In this document: piece after piece, positions 9,988-23,300 of the stretch
Layout of the letters: each line of letters opens with the position of its first letter
Numbering within the stretch: position 1 is the first letter of the stretch
Assembly: GCA_043228905.1 (NCBI GenBank)
Contig: JBHGNT010000009.1
Coordinates: forward strand, 3,534,001-3,598,000
Origin: Azolla caroliniana
Taxonomy: Eukaryota > Plantae > Polypodiophyta
Reading direction: 5' to 3'
DNA: 64,000 nucleotides
Made by a program: the position numbers and the translations under genes
Notes under the pieces: generated by a model
Database searches by the model: none
What the model saw: the letters and a program-made list of their open reading frames with translations, nothing else
What the model was told of the DNA's origin: nothing

Positions 9988-12900
9988 TGGTATTAGAGCG
10001 TGTGGTTTAGAAAATCCACTAAGCCTCCGTGATTGTGTGTTTGAGATGCCGACGACAAAATCCGGCTATTGTCTACCGTAGTCCTGTTAGGTAGCACGTG
10101 TACATGATCGAAGGAAGAAAAGCAAAAGAAGACAAGACAATATATCAAAATGAACACACAAATGGGTAGCTCGCTCCCTAATGAAAAGCTAGACCGGAGG
10201 AATTAATCATCTTGGGAGTACAAGATGACCCAATACCTCATCAGCCAAGGGTATTGGAGCTACATCAACGGCGCACAAGAAAATCGACCCGACTCAAAGA
10301 ATGTCAACCACGCAACATGGGAGCAAGCAACGAGTCGAGTCATGTATTGCTTGGCAACATGTGTCCACGACCACATGCTTAGCCACATTCGAGATGCCAA
10401 GACGACTAAAGAAGTGTGGCGAACTTAAAGAAAATGTTCACCACCAACACAACCGCCCGTAAGCTTCAACTCCGACAAGAGTTCAACAACATTAAGAAAA
10501 AAGACATGTTCGTGTCGGACTACATCGCCAAGATCAAGTGCATTTGCGACTCGCTTGACTCCATCAAAATAAACGTCGACGAAGACGAGATGGTTCAAGT
10601 ATGCTTGGGCGGCCTCGCACAACGATTCGACTCGTTGAGGACAGCAATCTGGGTGAGGAAAAACCTTCCTTCTTTTTTCGACCTTCAATCAATGCTAATG
10701 GTTGAAGAGAACCACGTCCAAACCAAAACCAAGACATCAGAAGGACAAATGTTCTTCTCGAATTCGGATGGTGGCTGAGAACGAAGTCGAGGCGGTAGAA
10801 GAGGTAGATTCGACCCATCACACGAAGGGAACTCAAACCTTTGACAACAAGACAAAAGCCATCAAGGGACCTTCGGAAGATGGGGGAGCTTCCATGCCGA
10901 ACAAGGTCGGCAAATGTGGCCCATTGCTGGAAACTATTGCGGCAAAATCGGCCATCGTGAAGAGGAGTGTCAGAGAAAGAGTAGCGAGTCGGCTTCGACA
11001 AGCCGACAACTCACAAACTACACCAACAACTCCGAATACGACGACTACGGTGGTCTATTCGTGATGAGACATAGAGCGAACACTATGACACCTTCCGACT
11101 CCATGAGCACCTCCAACTCGGAAGACATGTGGTTCGTCGATTCCGGCGCCTCACATCGCATGACATCCCACGAAGAGTGGTTCAATGACTTGCGTACACC
11201 GGATCGACCTAGCTTCATAGAGACGGGAGACGACACCACACATCCCATTCGGCACATCGGCAATGCCCCATTCGGGAAAGAAGGCGAGCAAACTTGCATC
11301 AAGAATGTCTTGCATGTGCCCACAATAACGAAGAATTTGGTCTCCGTCGGCCAAATTGTGGAGCAAGGCATGCAAGTCCGCTTCAACAACGAAGGTTGTT
11401 TCATCGAGAAAGATGGTTGACTCATAGCCAAGGGACGAAGAGACGGTCGAATGTTCATCCTCGATTCGAACGATGTGAAATCGGCAATATACGCTAAAGG
11501 TCTCAAAACCGAGACAAGCATCAAGTTGTGGCACAAAAGAATCGGCCACATAAACATCCAACGGGTTCGAGCAATGCAATTAACATGAATTGTCATCGAA
11601 CTTCTGGCATTCGAGTCGACCGAGTATGCGAAGCATGCCAACTCGGCAAACAACATTGACTCCCACTCCCGAAGGAGAGCTACGCAAGCAAAGGCCTCCT
11701 CGACAACATACATTCAGATATATGGGGACCGGCTCAAACGCCGATGATCGACATCTACGTCACCTTCATCGACGACTACTCGCACTACACGTGGATCTTC
11801 CCGATGAAGAAGAAGAGCAAAGTGTTCTCCCAGTTCCAAAAGCTCAAGGGCCAAGTCGAAAAAGAAACTGGTCAACACATTCGATGCCTACAATCGGACG
11901 GAGGAAATGAGTGCTTCTTCGATGAATTCACCTCCTACCTCCAAAGTGAAGGCATTCAGAGAGAATTCTTGTGCCGACACACACCCCAACAAAATGGAGT
12001 AGCCGAAAGGAAAAATCGGCAAATACTCGAGATAGCACATGCCGAATTTCTATGGGCCGAAGCGACATCCACGGTCGTCTATCTCATGAACAGGTGCAAC
12101 ACTAATGGAGTGCATGAGCTAACTCCATATGAGCTCCTCGTTGGAAGGAAGTCGATCCTATCACACCTCAAGGTGTTTGAAAGCATTGTGAATGTACGCA
12201 TCCCGAATGAACAACGACAGAAGCCCGACGCGAAGTCGGAGGAATGTATCCTCATAGGATACTCGTCTGAGAAGAAGGCATACAAGTGCTACAACCCTTC
12301 TACCCAAGCGGTTCGGGTAAGTCAAGACGTAGTCTTTGACGAGTCCACATCCTAGTACGCACCAGATACAACTTCGACTCCGACTCCGCTCGACCCGGAA
12401 TCCACTGAACAAGAGGTAGAAGATGGAGATCGCTTTGAACACATGTTCGAAGAAAGTCTGATTACGACAAGACCTAGTGGGCCACAAGAACCCGCGCGCG
12501 ACCCAAGCACGTCGCGGCTAAGTACGAACTTGGACAAAGGCAAAGGTAAGATGCCCGAATACGAAGTTGACCACCCCAACGACAGTGATTCGGATGTGTC
12601 AGCTCCTTCACTAGACATTGAGTTTGGTGTACCCATCATGCAGACACTCGGAGTAAAGAAGGCGCTCACATCGGTGAGCGAAAAACTTCAACGTTCTTCT
12701 AGAGAAAAGAATCATGTCACTCGGCTCGGCTACAACGAGTACATGGCCCATCATTATGCCTTCGCAATGAAGGTAGCGGCCGAACAAGAGCCCGAGAGCT
12801 CTACAGAAGTGGCTCGTGACCCACGATGGGTGAAAGCAGTCAACCCAAGCCTTCGTCATAGGCTTGAGGGGGAGGAACCAAAACGATGCAGAAGCGACAC

Positions 12901-12991
12901 CGAAAGAGGCGTGGAAACTGACATCGAAAGCCAGACAACGCCGAAAGCAGAACCAGATGTCAAACGCCTCACACTTGAGCTTGAGGGGACG

Positions 12992-13098
12992 TATTGAGAG
13001 ATCAAGCTCAACTTAGTTTAGTTAGTTAATCAACAATGTAACTTCGTGTCACCTAGATAGAATCTAGTTAGAAGTGTTGACTATAACGCCTGAAATAG
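12992..13098 (+). repeat. Truncated original 3' LTR start of copia copy 2
   Basis: Directly follows the PPT and matches the first ~107 bp of the LTR. Shares diagnostic bases (AACTTCG, AGTGTTG) with the 5' LTR at 9551. Confidence 0.9.
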
Positions 13099-13103
13099 TC
13101 AAC

Positions 13104-13284
13104 CCAGAAAGATATATGTGCTTGATTATAGATGGGATGGACCACAAGAAACTTGTTTGCCGCATTTTCGAAGGTTGCCCAAGGATGTTGGAGATGAATG
13201 GCTAGTGCATATGCACTTAGTAGGATGTCTTCTCTATTGTCAGACAATAAGGCCTCAAGTGTTCCTAACTTATCCAAATATCCA
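13104..13284 (+). repeat. 181-bp inverted copy of 2849-3029 (transposase fragment flanking copia copy 1)
   Basis: Reverse complement of 2849-3029 with one mismatch by eye (GCAGATG vs GCATATG). Carries the same frameshift. Confidence 0.95.
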
Positions 13285-13723
13285 TGTTGAGAGATCAAGC
13301 TCAACTTAGTTTAGTTAGTTAGTCAACCATGTAATTTCGTAGTTACCTAGATAGAATCTAGTTAGAAGTATTGACTATAACGCCTTAAATAGGACATTGT
13401 ACTTAAGTGGGATATTCTAGATCCTCCACTCCCAAGTACATTTAATATAGGACTTACACCCTTGTACCTATATTCTCCTCACACATGTGCACCCTTGCAC
13501 ATGAGATCTATATATACCTCATTGTGGGTATTTTTGTATTTGATGATGATAATGCTAATTTAATATAGAGTTAATCATCCCCCATCTTGTGTTGTTCATA
13601 AGCGTATCTTCCTCTCTCTCTTCCTCTCACACACACACACACATATCATATAATCTTCCACGCTTAACTTAATCACATAATTAGGTACTAATTAACCCGT
13701 AGTTAATCACCTAATTATTAACA
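13285..13723 (+). repeat. Full-length terminal (chimeric) LTR of copia copy 2
   Basis: TG...CA termini, followed by the TSD GATTG. Confidence 0.95.
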
Positions 13724-16700
13724 GATTGTATAATACTTTGTATTTGTAACTAAAAACTTGTAACCCTAAACTTTTTTGTACTATAAGATTTTTTTTGTTT
13801 GAGTACCATTTCTTTACACTATTCGATTGGTGTCTCGAACTTTAAGTGTCTATTATATGTTTGCAAAGGTTGACTTGTAAAGTATGTGATTAAGTATAAT
13901 TTTCATTGATAGAAGATGATGAACTATCCATAGTATGACAAATGTTGGTTCTGATTGTTTCTTGATTAATATAATTGAATTTAGCTTTATTGTATGATCT
14001 ATGTTGTCTTTAATCTTGGTTATTGAGTTTCTAGTAAACACAATAATATTAAGTCAACGTTGATGCTCACTTGATAATACATTCACGTTGTTAATGTATG
14101 ATCAGGATATAATGTTCGTAGTAGTTTTTGGGCATGTGTGGTATATCATGCGATATTCATTTGTGAATATGTTTCTAATTATATCCAAAAATCTTATTTA
14201 CTAATTCAATATAACAATCTTTATAGGCTTTAGAGACAAATATAGCAACAAAATTGCATTTCTAATTTTGTTAAGGTGGATTTGAATGCAACATTATGTA
14301 CAATGAAGCATATTGCAATTATGGTGGGGATGCATTCCCATAATCTAACCTAAGAGTCGCATAAATATGTGTATGAATTGAGAAAATATAGGTTAAATTT
14401 GAAATCTTGATAATAGTAACTGTATTTTTTAGTGATGTTTTTAAAAGTCGTGTGCGCATGCGTGATACATTCTTGAAAGTTTGTTCAAAAATATAATTCT
14501 TGACATCTCATGTATTTATCAATAAAGGAATGTGACATATTACCTATTCTAAATGACTCGATGTTTCGGCCTTTTCCTTCAGATTTCTTCCTCTTCTTAT
14601 ACCAACGTTGTATATTCCAAGATCCCTCTTATACCACTTGTTGGTGCTAGTATGGTGTCTAATCTACTACTATTGTGTAGTCTTATGTGAAATGTGTATG
14701 TTGATCTTGTTGAGGAACATCAAGCATAGAGTAAGCGTGCGAACCTATGTAGTATCTAGAATACAGTATGCACAAAGAGCATTCATAAAGAAAGAGAGAG
14801 ACACAATTACATAGGTAGTTAGGTCAAAGCGACGTTCATTATTTTGCATCATGTGTACGAGGAAGTTTCTCCAATTAATACATGAATGGGCTTTACCCTA
14901 ACTCCAAGGTGAGTACACACATAGACATATAATGATCAGGATGGAGTATGACCTTTTAGTTTAACAAGCAGTAATGACCGATTGTAGCGACGGTACAAAC
15001 AGAGGCAATAAGGGGCGATTGCGGCAAAAATACTTACAGAGGCGGTCAGGCGCGATTCCAACAACAATACTTACAAAGGTGGATAGAAACATGTATGAGT
15101 GAAGGACTGTTACAGAGGAATAATGAGTGAGGAACAATACCCAACACGTTGCCAATGTGATTGATCATGCATAATGGGGCATTGAATCCACCTAGGAATT
15201 TGCCATAAATTAAACCCTCTAGTATTACTATTTGTGGTACACATTTAATTCTAACTTTATTTAAGATCAGATTTTTATCATCCCAAAAATTGTCAAACAA
15301 TTGAATTGCATTAAGCTTTTTACATAGTTAATTAGTTATGTTAAGGACATAGCTTATTGTTCCCATTCCCATGCTTTCACCCATAATTGAGTGCGTTAAC
15401 AAAGGCTGTTGAGAGTAATTGGATCGACAAAAGTTACTTATTGAAGTTTGTCAACTCATTGAAGACAATAACCGAACTTCGAATACTTTTCATTGGTAAC
15501 ATATAGGGTAGAAATCAATGTTTATAGTAATATATTTTGTTTAATGCACATCAACCCAATTTTAGTAACTCTTGAGCTATAAAAGGTCGTTTTTAGCTCA
15601 TTGTTTGCATGGTCTAAGGAATTAAAGGAGTAAGGAAGAGAGAGACCTCACTAATTTGAATTACAAACTTGATTAATGAAACTTCTCCTTTGATGAATTG
15701 TGTTCAACATACGAAGAGACCTAGTAATGAGATGTTGGCTATGAGCAAAGAGACCTAGTGGTGAGAAGTGAAGGTGTGATGTGACCAATTGGTGAAAAAA
15801 TACCTAGGTGCGAAGAGATCTGGTACTGAGATGAGATTATAGGAGAGAAGTGAGTTAGGAGTGAATTGAGCAAGGAAAAAAAAGGAGTGCCTATAGTGAA
15901 ACGTGAGGCTATTCGATAGAATAAGATTGAACAAGGAATATCAAACATTTATTCTAGTTCAAATCCCTCATGGTTTCGTGACCACACTTTCACACACATA
16001 TACACATTTTCCCAACAACATTATCATGCTTTAACCAATTAATTAAAAGTATTTGAGTAGATAAGTACGTAGGGTTTGCCAAAGTAAACTAGTCACTCCA
16101 TCAATACACTTGAAGGTGTGTGACATACACTTTCACTCGTCTGCCAACAATAGGGCTAATTTTCACCCAAACCACTTTGGCAATGAACCTTCGAAGAAAT
16201 ACCCATCTTTATAATTAAATAAGTAGGACAACTATTTTACGTGACAGTTAGACAATCATTCTTTCTTCATCAAGAATCAAGATGAGAGAGATTGGTTAAC
16301 ATAGTAAAGTATTTTGTTTGACCTCCTAAAGCTCCCTATTTCAAGCTCGTGGTGAATTTCACCCGCAAATACCATGAAGCAATGCTTCCTTTCAAAGAGA
16401 TTGGACACAATTCCAAGAATTTGGAATTAAAAATAACTACTATAAAGATTAATCGTGATTGTTATTTTCTATTTGATTTTAGATACCTACAATGGTGACA
16501 TGAATTATGTAATTGATTATTGAACGTGGATGACAAAGATGAATTGATTATATAAATTACACATATATAAAGTGATCATTCACATGGCACTATTAGAGTT
16601 GATCAAATACTTCTAGATAAAAAAAGGTGTGTTCACATGTGATGTTATATTTAGAGTATACATATCTCACGGTAAAAATTAAACGCCACTTTAAAGGAAT

Positions 16701-18609
16701 AAAACCATTTGTTTGTGATCTAGATGAGTTCAAACTTCAAACTATAAATTATGAAGAGGTTTTATATGAAGAAGCCATCATCAAACCAATTTTACGGAAA
16801 AAAAAGAATGTTAAATTACATGAACTCAATATCTTATCAAAGAATCTAGTTATATACTATATAAAAGAGAGAAATACAAATTATCTCCTTTTCAATCAAA
16901 TCTCCAATATATTAGACTTTTGCCTTAACTTATGCTAGATTATTTCTAGTTAACCTACTTCAACGTTGTTAAATGCCTACGAGTGTGAGCACAAAAAAGC
17001 TAGGTTGGTGTCTCAAGAGCAAGTAGGTGTAAAACAATGACTCCTAGGATGTGGCATGGATATCCTTCTCCTCGTCTCAAGGAAGAAGCACAAGATCCAT
17101 CTCCTACAACGTTCATGCAGTACCTTCCCTAGATCTATGAATTATCTCATGAGCTTTCTTCACACTTTGGCGAATAATGTAATGCCTTGTTCTTATCGTG
17201 TCATGATATGGAAATCCTGACACATTGGGCTTCCTATGCTACAATTTTCAGGATCCATTGATGAGTTGGGCTAAGTTGTGATCCCCTTTTTGCAAAATAA
17301 AAATATACCTCCTTTCCATATTGTGCTTCATTTATACATTGTGCTTCATTTCTACATAACTTTATCATTGTCATCGTTTTCAAATGAAGAGCAAGGGCAC
17401 ATTTTATACCCGATCGTAAAGTAAAGGGTGTTTGAAGCTGAAATTTGTCATTAATATATATATATTACATATTCTTGCATGTGCTACATTTTCACATTAC
17501 ACTCTAAAAACGTGTGGGACTTACATGATCATTTCTTCCTTGCTCATTGATGCCTATGGTGAATTCAAGACAAATAACCAAAAGAGGCATGGTGGGTTAG
17601 TTAAGTGTCATATATATAATAATATATCTAAACTAGATTATGGGAGAGCAAGTTTTGCACCATAGAAGTCAAGTCTGTTATTGTAAAATATGTAGAGGTT
17701 TTTGTCTTTTTCCTATTAGTCGAACATTAATTTCTTATGATATCCATAGAATTTACATGGAGTAGCTTTGTTGTAGAATTTCATGCACCACAAAATATGG
17801 CCAATGCATGATGGAGCTATAGCATGCAAAATATGGCAAATATTTTGCTTTTCATTTTAATGCAACGTACCCTGAACATTACTTGTTGTAAATTTCATTT
17901 TAATGATTAGGCCATATTCATTTCCATATGTTGATCATCCCCCCCGAATGGTACATGCTTGTAATTATGGGCAAGGAAAATGTTATCATTTTCACGACCT
18001 CATGTTGTGGTAAAAGTGTCAATCCTAATTTTATTAAACGAATATTGTAGTTACAATATGCCAAATGTGCACACTCTATATTGCATGATCTCAAACTAAT
18101 ACTCAAGTTGTCTTTTATAATGCAAAGGTACCATTATGAGTCATTGTGTTTTGGGAAACATATCAATCTAAATATTATAAAGTTATGTTTCTACTAGAGC
18201 AAGTTGTTGATGTACACTATCACAAACTAAATTATGCTGAAGTTGAGCCATTTTTTGGGAGCAAACATTTAAAGGAAGATATCTATTGTGGGGTGTCTCT
18301 TATCTTTTTCTACGACACAATGTTAATTGTATTCCTAAATATCTATAATTATATGGAGCATCTACTTGTTCGATGTCATACAAAACTAATTGGAGGCATT
18401 GTAACATTAGAGCAAACTTTACTTATGTCAATGATCATTTTCTTTAAATAAGTGATATTAATGAAACATCCTCATATTTGCTCCACATGGTTACAAGATC
18501 AATACATTTGGTGACATAAATCCTAGTAACAATGGCTTTGGAATACATTACTTGTAATAATAATTTATGGATGAAAATGTGGAGTCACCATATGAGAAGG
18601 ATAAATTAC

Positions 18610-18915
18610 ACATGGGATTGCAAAATTGTGGTACTATGTGAATAATTGAATAAATGTTGAAAAACAAATAATATAACAATCAACCTAACAGGCAAGTAAC
18701 ATGGTGACATGGATACTTGTAGTTTACTTGAAGAAAGGTCATTCAATGAGTTTGTAGTTGTCGCACATGGGACAAAAAAATTGTGGTATGTGAGTTAATT
18801 GAATAAATATTGAAAAACAAATAATATCACGATCGACCTAAGGGGAGAGTAACATGGTGACATGGATACTTGTAGTTTACTTGAAGAAAGGTCATTTAAT
18901 GAGTTTGTAGTTGTT
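18610..18915. repeat. About 155-bp tandem duplication covering the last ~40 codons and stop of XTH
   Basis: About 18610-18762 vs 18766-18915 share GTAACATGGTGACATGGATACTTGTAGTTTACTTGAAGAAAGGTCATT. Confidence 0.85.
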
Positions 18916-20318
18916 GGTGGTAGATTGCTAAAATTTGGAGGCATTGTTCCAATTGTATTGGGAGAGCCATCGGAGGATGAGGGGCTGCTAGAGGGACTAG
19001 AAGTAGGAGCAAGAGGTGATTCTGGCAAAGTTGCAGTTGTAGTTATATAAAAACACTCAGTTGGCGTCACATTGTACCTTGTTTTATCCCAACAATAATC
19101 GTATATCATCCAATTCTCTCTAACCCATTTCAATTGAGAGATTTGGTTTGCATTTAAGGCCATGTAAGAACCTTGATTCCACCACCTTGTCGATGCACAT
19201 GTTGAGGTAGCACCACCACTACATGCATCAAACGAGAAGTCGGTGTACGAAGCTGTGAAAGGTGCATACATCCAATTGATCTTTACTCTGCCTCCCTCTG
19301 TAGCCCAACTATCACCATTCCATATAGTACCATACAAACTCATTGGTCGACTTCTCATGTAAGGCACCCCGGTCGTGGCTTCTATGTTTGGAAACACCCT
19401 GATGGGAACTTCATCAATGAGAAACCTGGGCACACATTGAGATGATCAACACCTTAGTGGGGTGCAATTAGGGATGCATCATTTTATAGAATACAATTAG
19501 TACTCAAAGAAGAGAAATGTAAGTTTTCAATTATATGAGACAACTCACACAATGTGGTATTGGTTCCAAAGGAAAGAGTAGTCATGGAAGTCCGATGTGG
19601 GGTCAAACCAAAGGAAGATGCGTTGCTCATGGCCACCAATGCCATTCACAAAGTGATTTGTTTGCATGATGATTGGCTCCCCCGTCACATTACCCAAAAA
19701 CTCAAAATCCAATTCGTCATGATCCAGCCCTAATGATGAAAACTGCACTTTATTTTCAATTTATTATTTCTCATGGCATCACAAAGTCCCTTGCTCATCC
19801 GTATAAGTCAAATATTATACATCACATATCGCATATCATAGTAATTAGGTCTTAGAAAACTACTCACGTAAAAAGTCGTCACTACCCCTGCGGAATTGCC
19901 TGCTTGTAGCTTAATTTTCATGTTGAACATCCCGAACAAGTACTCATCATAGGATTTGAACCCAGAACCTAAGTGAGATGAAAGCACGCACATGCACATA
20001 AATAACTAGCCCATTGATTATGATTGTACATCAAATTAGGGAATAATTAATATTGTGGTCTAAGTGATTAGGAATATCAAATCTAAATGAGTCACAAATA
20101 ATAAGTTTTCTACCTGCTGACTCATCGAGTGAGAGCAAAATCTCTTGTCCATTATTCCGGAATTGGGCTTCCACTACTCCATCTGTTGAGCTTTGCAATT
20201 CAAAGTGAGGCATAAGGTCTACTAGTTCAACAATTGTGGTGTTGATCCCATCCGTTGCCACCATCGTGCCTTGCATTATGACATTAGACACTCCTACAAA
20301 GACCATGAGGAGTAACAT
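18795..20318 (-). CDS. XTH: Xyloglucan endotransglucosylase/hydrolase (GH16) with Ser/Pro/Thr-rich C-terminal extension
   Basis: Exons 20318-20114, 19968-19868 (101 bp), 19742-19549 (194 bp) and 19425-18795, all GT-AG. Catalytic motif [22 protein letters not shown] and XET_C-type MIYDYCWD..R...P.EC. Start codon uncertain (20318, or upstream in-frame ATGs up to 20393). Confidence 0.95.
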
Positions 20319-23300
20319 TGAGTTATACAACAGATTGCTCTTAATAATAAGCATGAAGTCAAACAACATTTCATGCACATAATCGGTAATCATAACACTC
20401 TTAAGTAATTAGTATAGTCATTGTGTGCAGGGTCTCATATATATCACAAGGAACTTTCCCATATATTATTATGAAAATGCTTTAAAAGGTGTTGTCCAAG
20501 TTGTACATATTTAATCATTTCATTACCACATGATCATCATGCATGGTTAGTTGGACACTTTAGAATACTCTTCTAGTTCTTTTTGCAAATCCCTATGAAT
20601 ATGAATGCCTTGGACTTTGTTCCAAAACAACTCATCTTAATGTAATGGTCTCACTCTCGGCATTCCTAATTCAAAGTTGTGTGTGTATGTGTGTATTAGA
20701 AACTTTCATCAAACTGATGATCATGTTCATTTTAATCGATTGTTAAGCATCAACTTAAAGTGTACCTCCCTAGCCTAATTTAAGGAATCTTGCACCAAAG
20801 CTATTCTCACCATGTTTTGCATGTAATCATTTTAACAAACATAATAAGGATTATGTCCCTTCAAGATGTAAACTTTTTAGGTTGGGGCTACCTCTTGAGC
20901 ATTAACAAGCAAGGATTAAGACAAGCTCATTTCTCATTATTTTGTTCATATTATAATGGTAGTTCATAATGTGGTGCATTTTAGTTGAAAGTTACAAACT
21001 AATGTTGTTTCCCTACGATTGAGCCACCTCGACACTTGTTGCTCTCCCTTCTATGGTCTTCACTTATACTCAAGTTATAGGAAACGACATATTCATGTTT
21101 TTTTATCAATAAAGCTTTGTCTTTTGTAAGGCAATGATATCATTTTCAACCCTTAGAGTTGGTTCTTAGAAGTGGATTCATAAAGTCAATTCTTTTAGAA
21201 GTAATTGGTAGTGTTAGCATGATCTTGCCCTAAAACATGGCTTTGGAAAAGTGTAATTTCTTGTGGAGTGCATTTACAAACAAAGGCTATATTTGTGAAA
21301 TTTATTTGTTCGTAGACATTTGCCTTCTATCCATGTCAATTTCAATTGCATTTAGGTGAACAACAATTCTCTTTAAATAAAACATTCTAAATTTGTGTGC
21401 GATACTAATCATCTTTCTAGAAATCAACAAATTTGATTTCATATACAATAATCAAAATGGGAGTGACATTTTTACCGTTTCATTTTGAAATAAATGGATG
21501 ATGCTAACGATAGATATAGCCCATCAATTACAAGAAAGATAAATTGTTCTTTCATGAAAAATCCAAGACAATGTAGAAGCTCATGTAGATCGTGAATTTG
21601 CTCATGAGGTATTAACAAACCATTAGAGCAGCAATGGGGGTATACACCCACATATCCCCATATGTAGCCAAGGATATGTATAATGAAAGACACATAACAC
21701 TTGTAGTCGTAGAGTAACCACAAAGCATTTCTAGTTTCGTAGGAATTTAATTAATCTCTCTTTTCTATTTCTATGTTTTTATGAGCATTTCCTTTTAAGG
21801 GGCATGTGGCATGCTAGTGTTCATTTGGTGTATATAGTGGACAATAGGCCAAAATGAATTTTGTGAAGCTATTATTTAGGAGCAATTTAGTATTATGGAA
21901 ATATGCCAATGTCAACGTTGTAAAGCCATTTTTAGGAGTAAACTATTAGTATGTACGATTCCAAATGAAACCGTGATTTATTTTCATAATAAAAAGCAAC
22001 ATCAAACCCGTTGTTCAGTACATAGTTCAAACCACAACCTTAATGGTTAAAGAGACACGGTTACCACTGCATAACTTTGTTCATATATTTTAGGTTCTAT
22101 TGCGGATAATAAATTAATATCTTGGATCTATAGACAAGTGTCACAACGTCTAAAGTCTTGCCAGCAATATATAAGTGCAATACTTTCATGTTGTTCCACT
22201 ACCCATATAGTGTAGTGTAGTTAGCGGGTGACCATACTCCATTGTCACACGCATTGTAAGTATCGTTTTTCACACACATTTATTAATATAATTGTGTGTT
22301 TTCACAGAGAGAGAGAGAGAGAGAGAGATCGTATTTAAGGAGGAAAACATTGAAATGTGGAAGCATGTATATGAGGCCTAGGTTGAAACGCAAGTGTCTG
22401 TACAACTGGATCAATTTATTATTGCAAATACGTAATATCGTGGATTTAAAATTCTAGAAATATAACTTGGTAGGTATATCGATCAAACTTACAACAACAA
22501 CAATCAAATTCTCCTTTTGATAGGTATATTGATTCCCCACCTTCCTACAAAATTGTTTTTTTTTTCCAAAAAACCACTACTTCGCATTAGTTAGCAAATA
22601 GAATACAACAAAGTTTATCCAAATCCACAATGGGATCAACATATACAACTTGGAGAAACAACTCCAAAACTATCAACCAAAAACAACAAAAAAACTCAAT
22701 CGATCCTTAACTCAAGCAAAATTGAATTAAACCCTATTTTACCCCGACTCTACAACTCCCTGACGCACGTTTGTGTCAGCTATACATACATAATTCCTAC
22801 AATATTGTTTTCACATTATCCCAACAATAGACTTAACCATTTTCGATCTCTCTCTCTCTCTCTCTCTCTCTCTTATCTCTGTGCCCTTGTAAACTTTGCC
22901 TCTTGACACTTCAAATGGTTAATGTGTGTGTAAGTTTCTCATCTGAGTTCATGCACTTTCATTTATATTGATTTATCAACATATACACTTAGCATATGAT
23001 TTTACTAGCTCAATTGTACAATCACATGAGAGAGGAAGAAAAGTACATGAGAGAGGAAGAAAAGTACGGAGGGGAGATTTGACCAAAAGAGGACAAAACA
23101 AGTTTGATCATTCTCCTACCTTCCTTATATCACATGCTTGGTGTGTTTGAAGGAATACTTGAACCATTCAAGATGGCCCACACTTTGGAGAGTCCTGAAA
23201 GTGCAGGAACTCACGAGGGAGTAGCCGAAAAAGGAAAAACCAAAGGAGAAGCAACTTGCCCACACACATGTAATAATATATATATATCTATATCATGCAT

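Larger units (their letters stand above)
9551..13723 (+). mobile_element. Ty1/copia LTR retrotransposon copy 2, non-autonomous (gag-PR-INT, no RT/RNase H), with compound 3' LTR
   Basis: 5' LTR 9551-9987 and PBS TGGTATTAGAGC 9988-9999. Gag, knuckle NYCGKIGHREEEC, protease WFVDSGASH, integrase FIDDYS...SDGG...PQQNGVAERKNR. PPT at 12983-12991. Terminal LTR ends at 13723. TSD GATTG at 9546-9550 and 13724-13728. Confidence 0.95.

Noticed and set aside
13285-13723. Independent solo-LTR insertion
   Set aside because: Its left flank is identical to the copy-1 junction and its right flank is the TSD of copy 2, so it is not a separate insertion.
14960-15130. GC-richer island with short ORFs
   Set aside because: No recognisable motif or splice structure, so no call can be supported.
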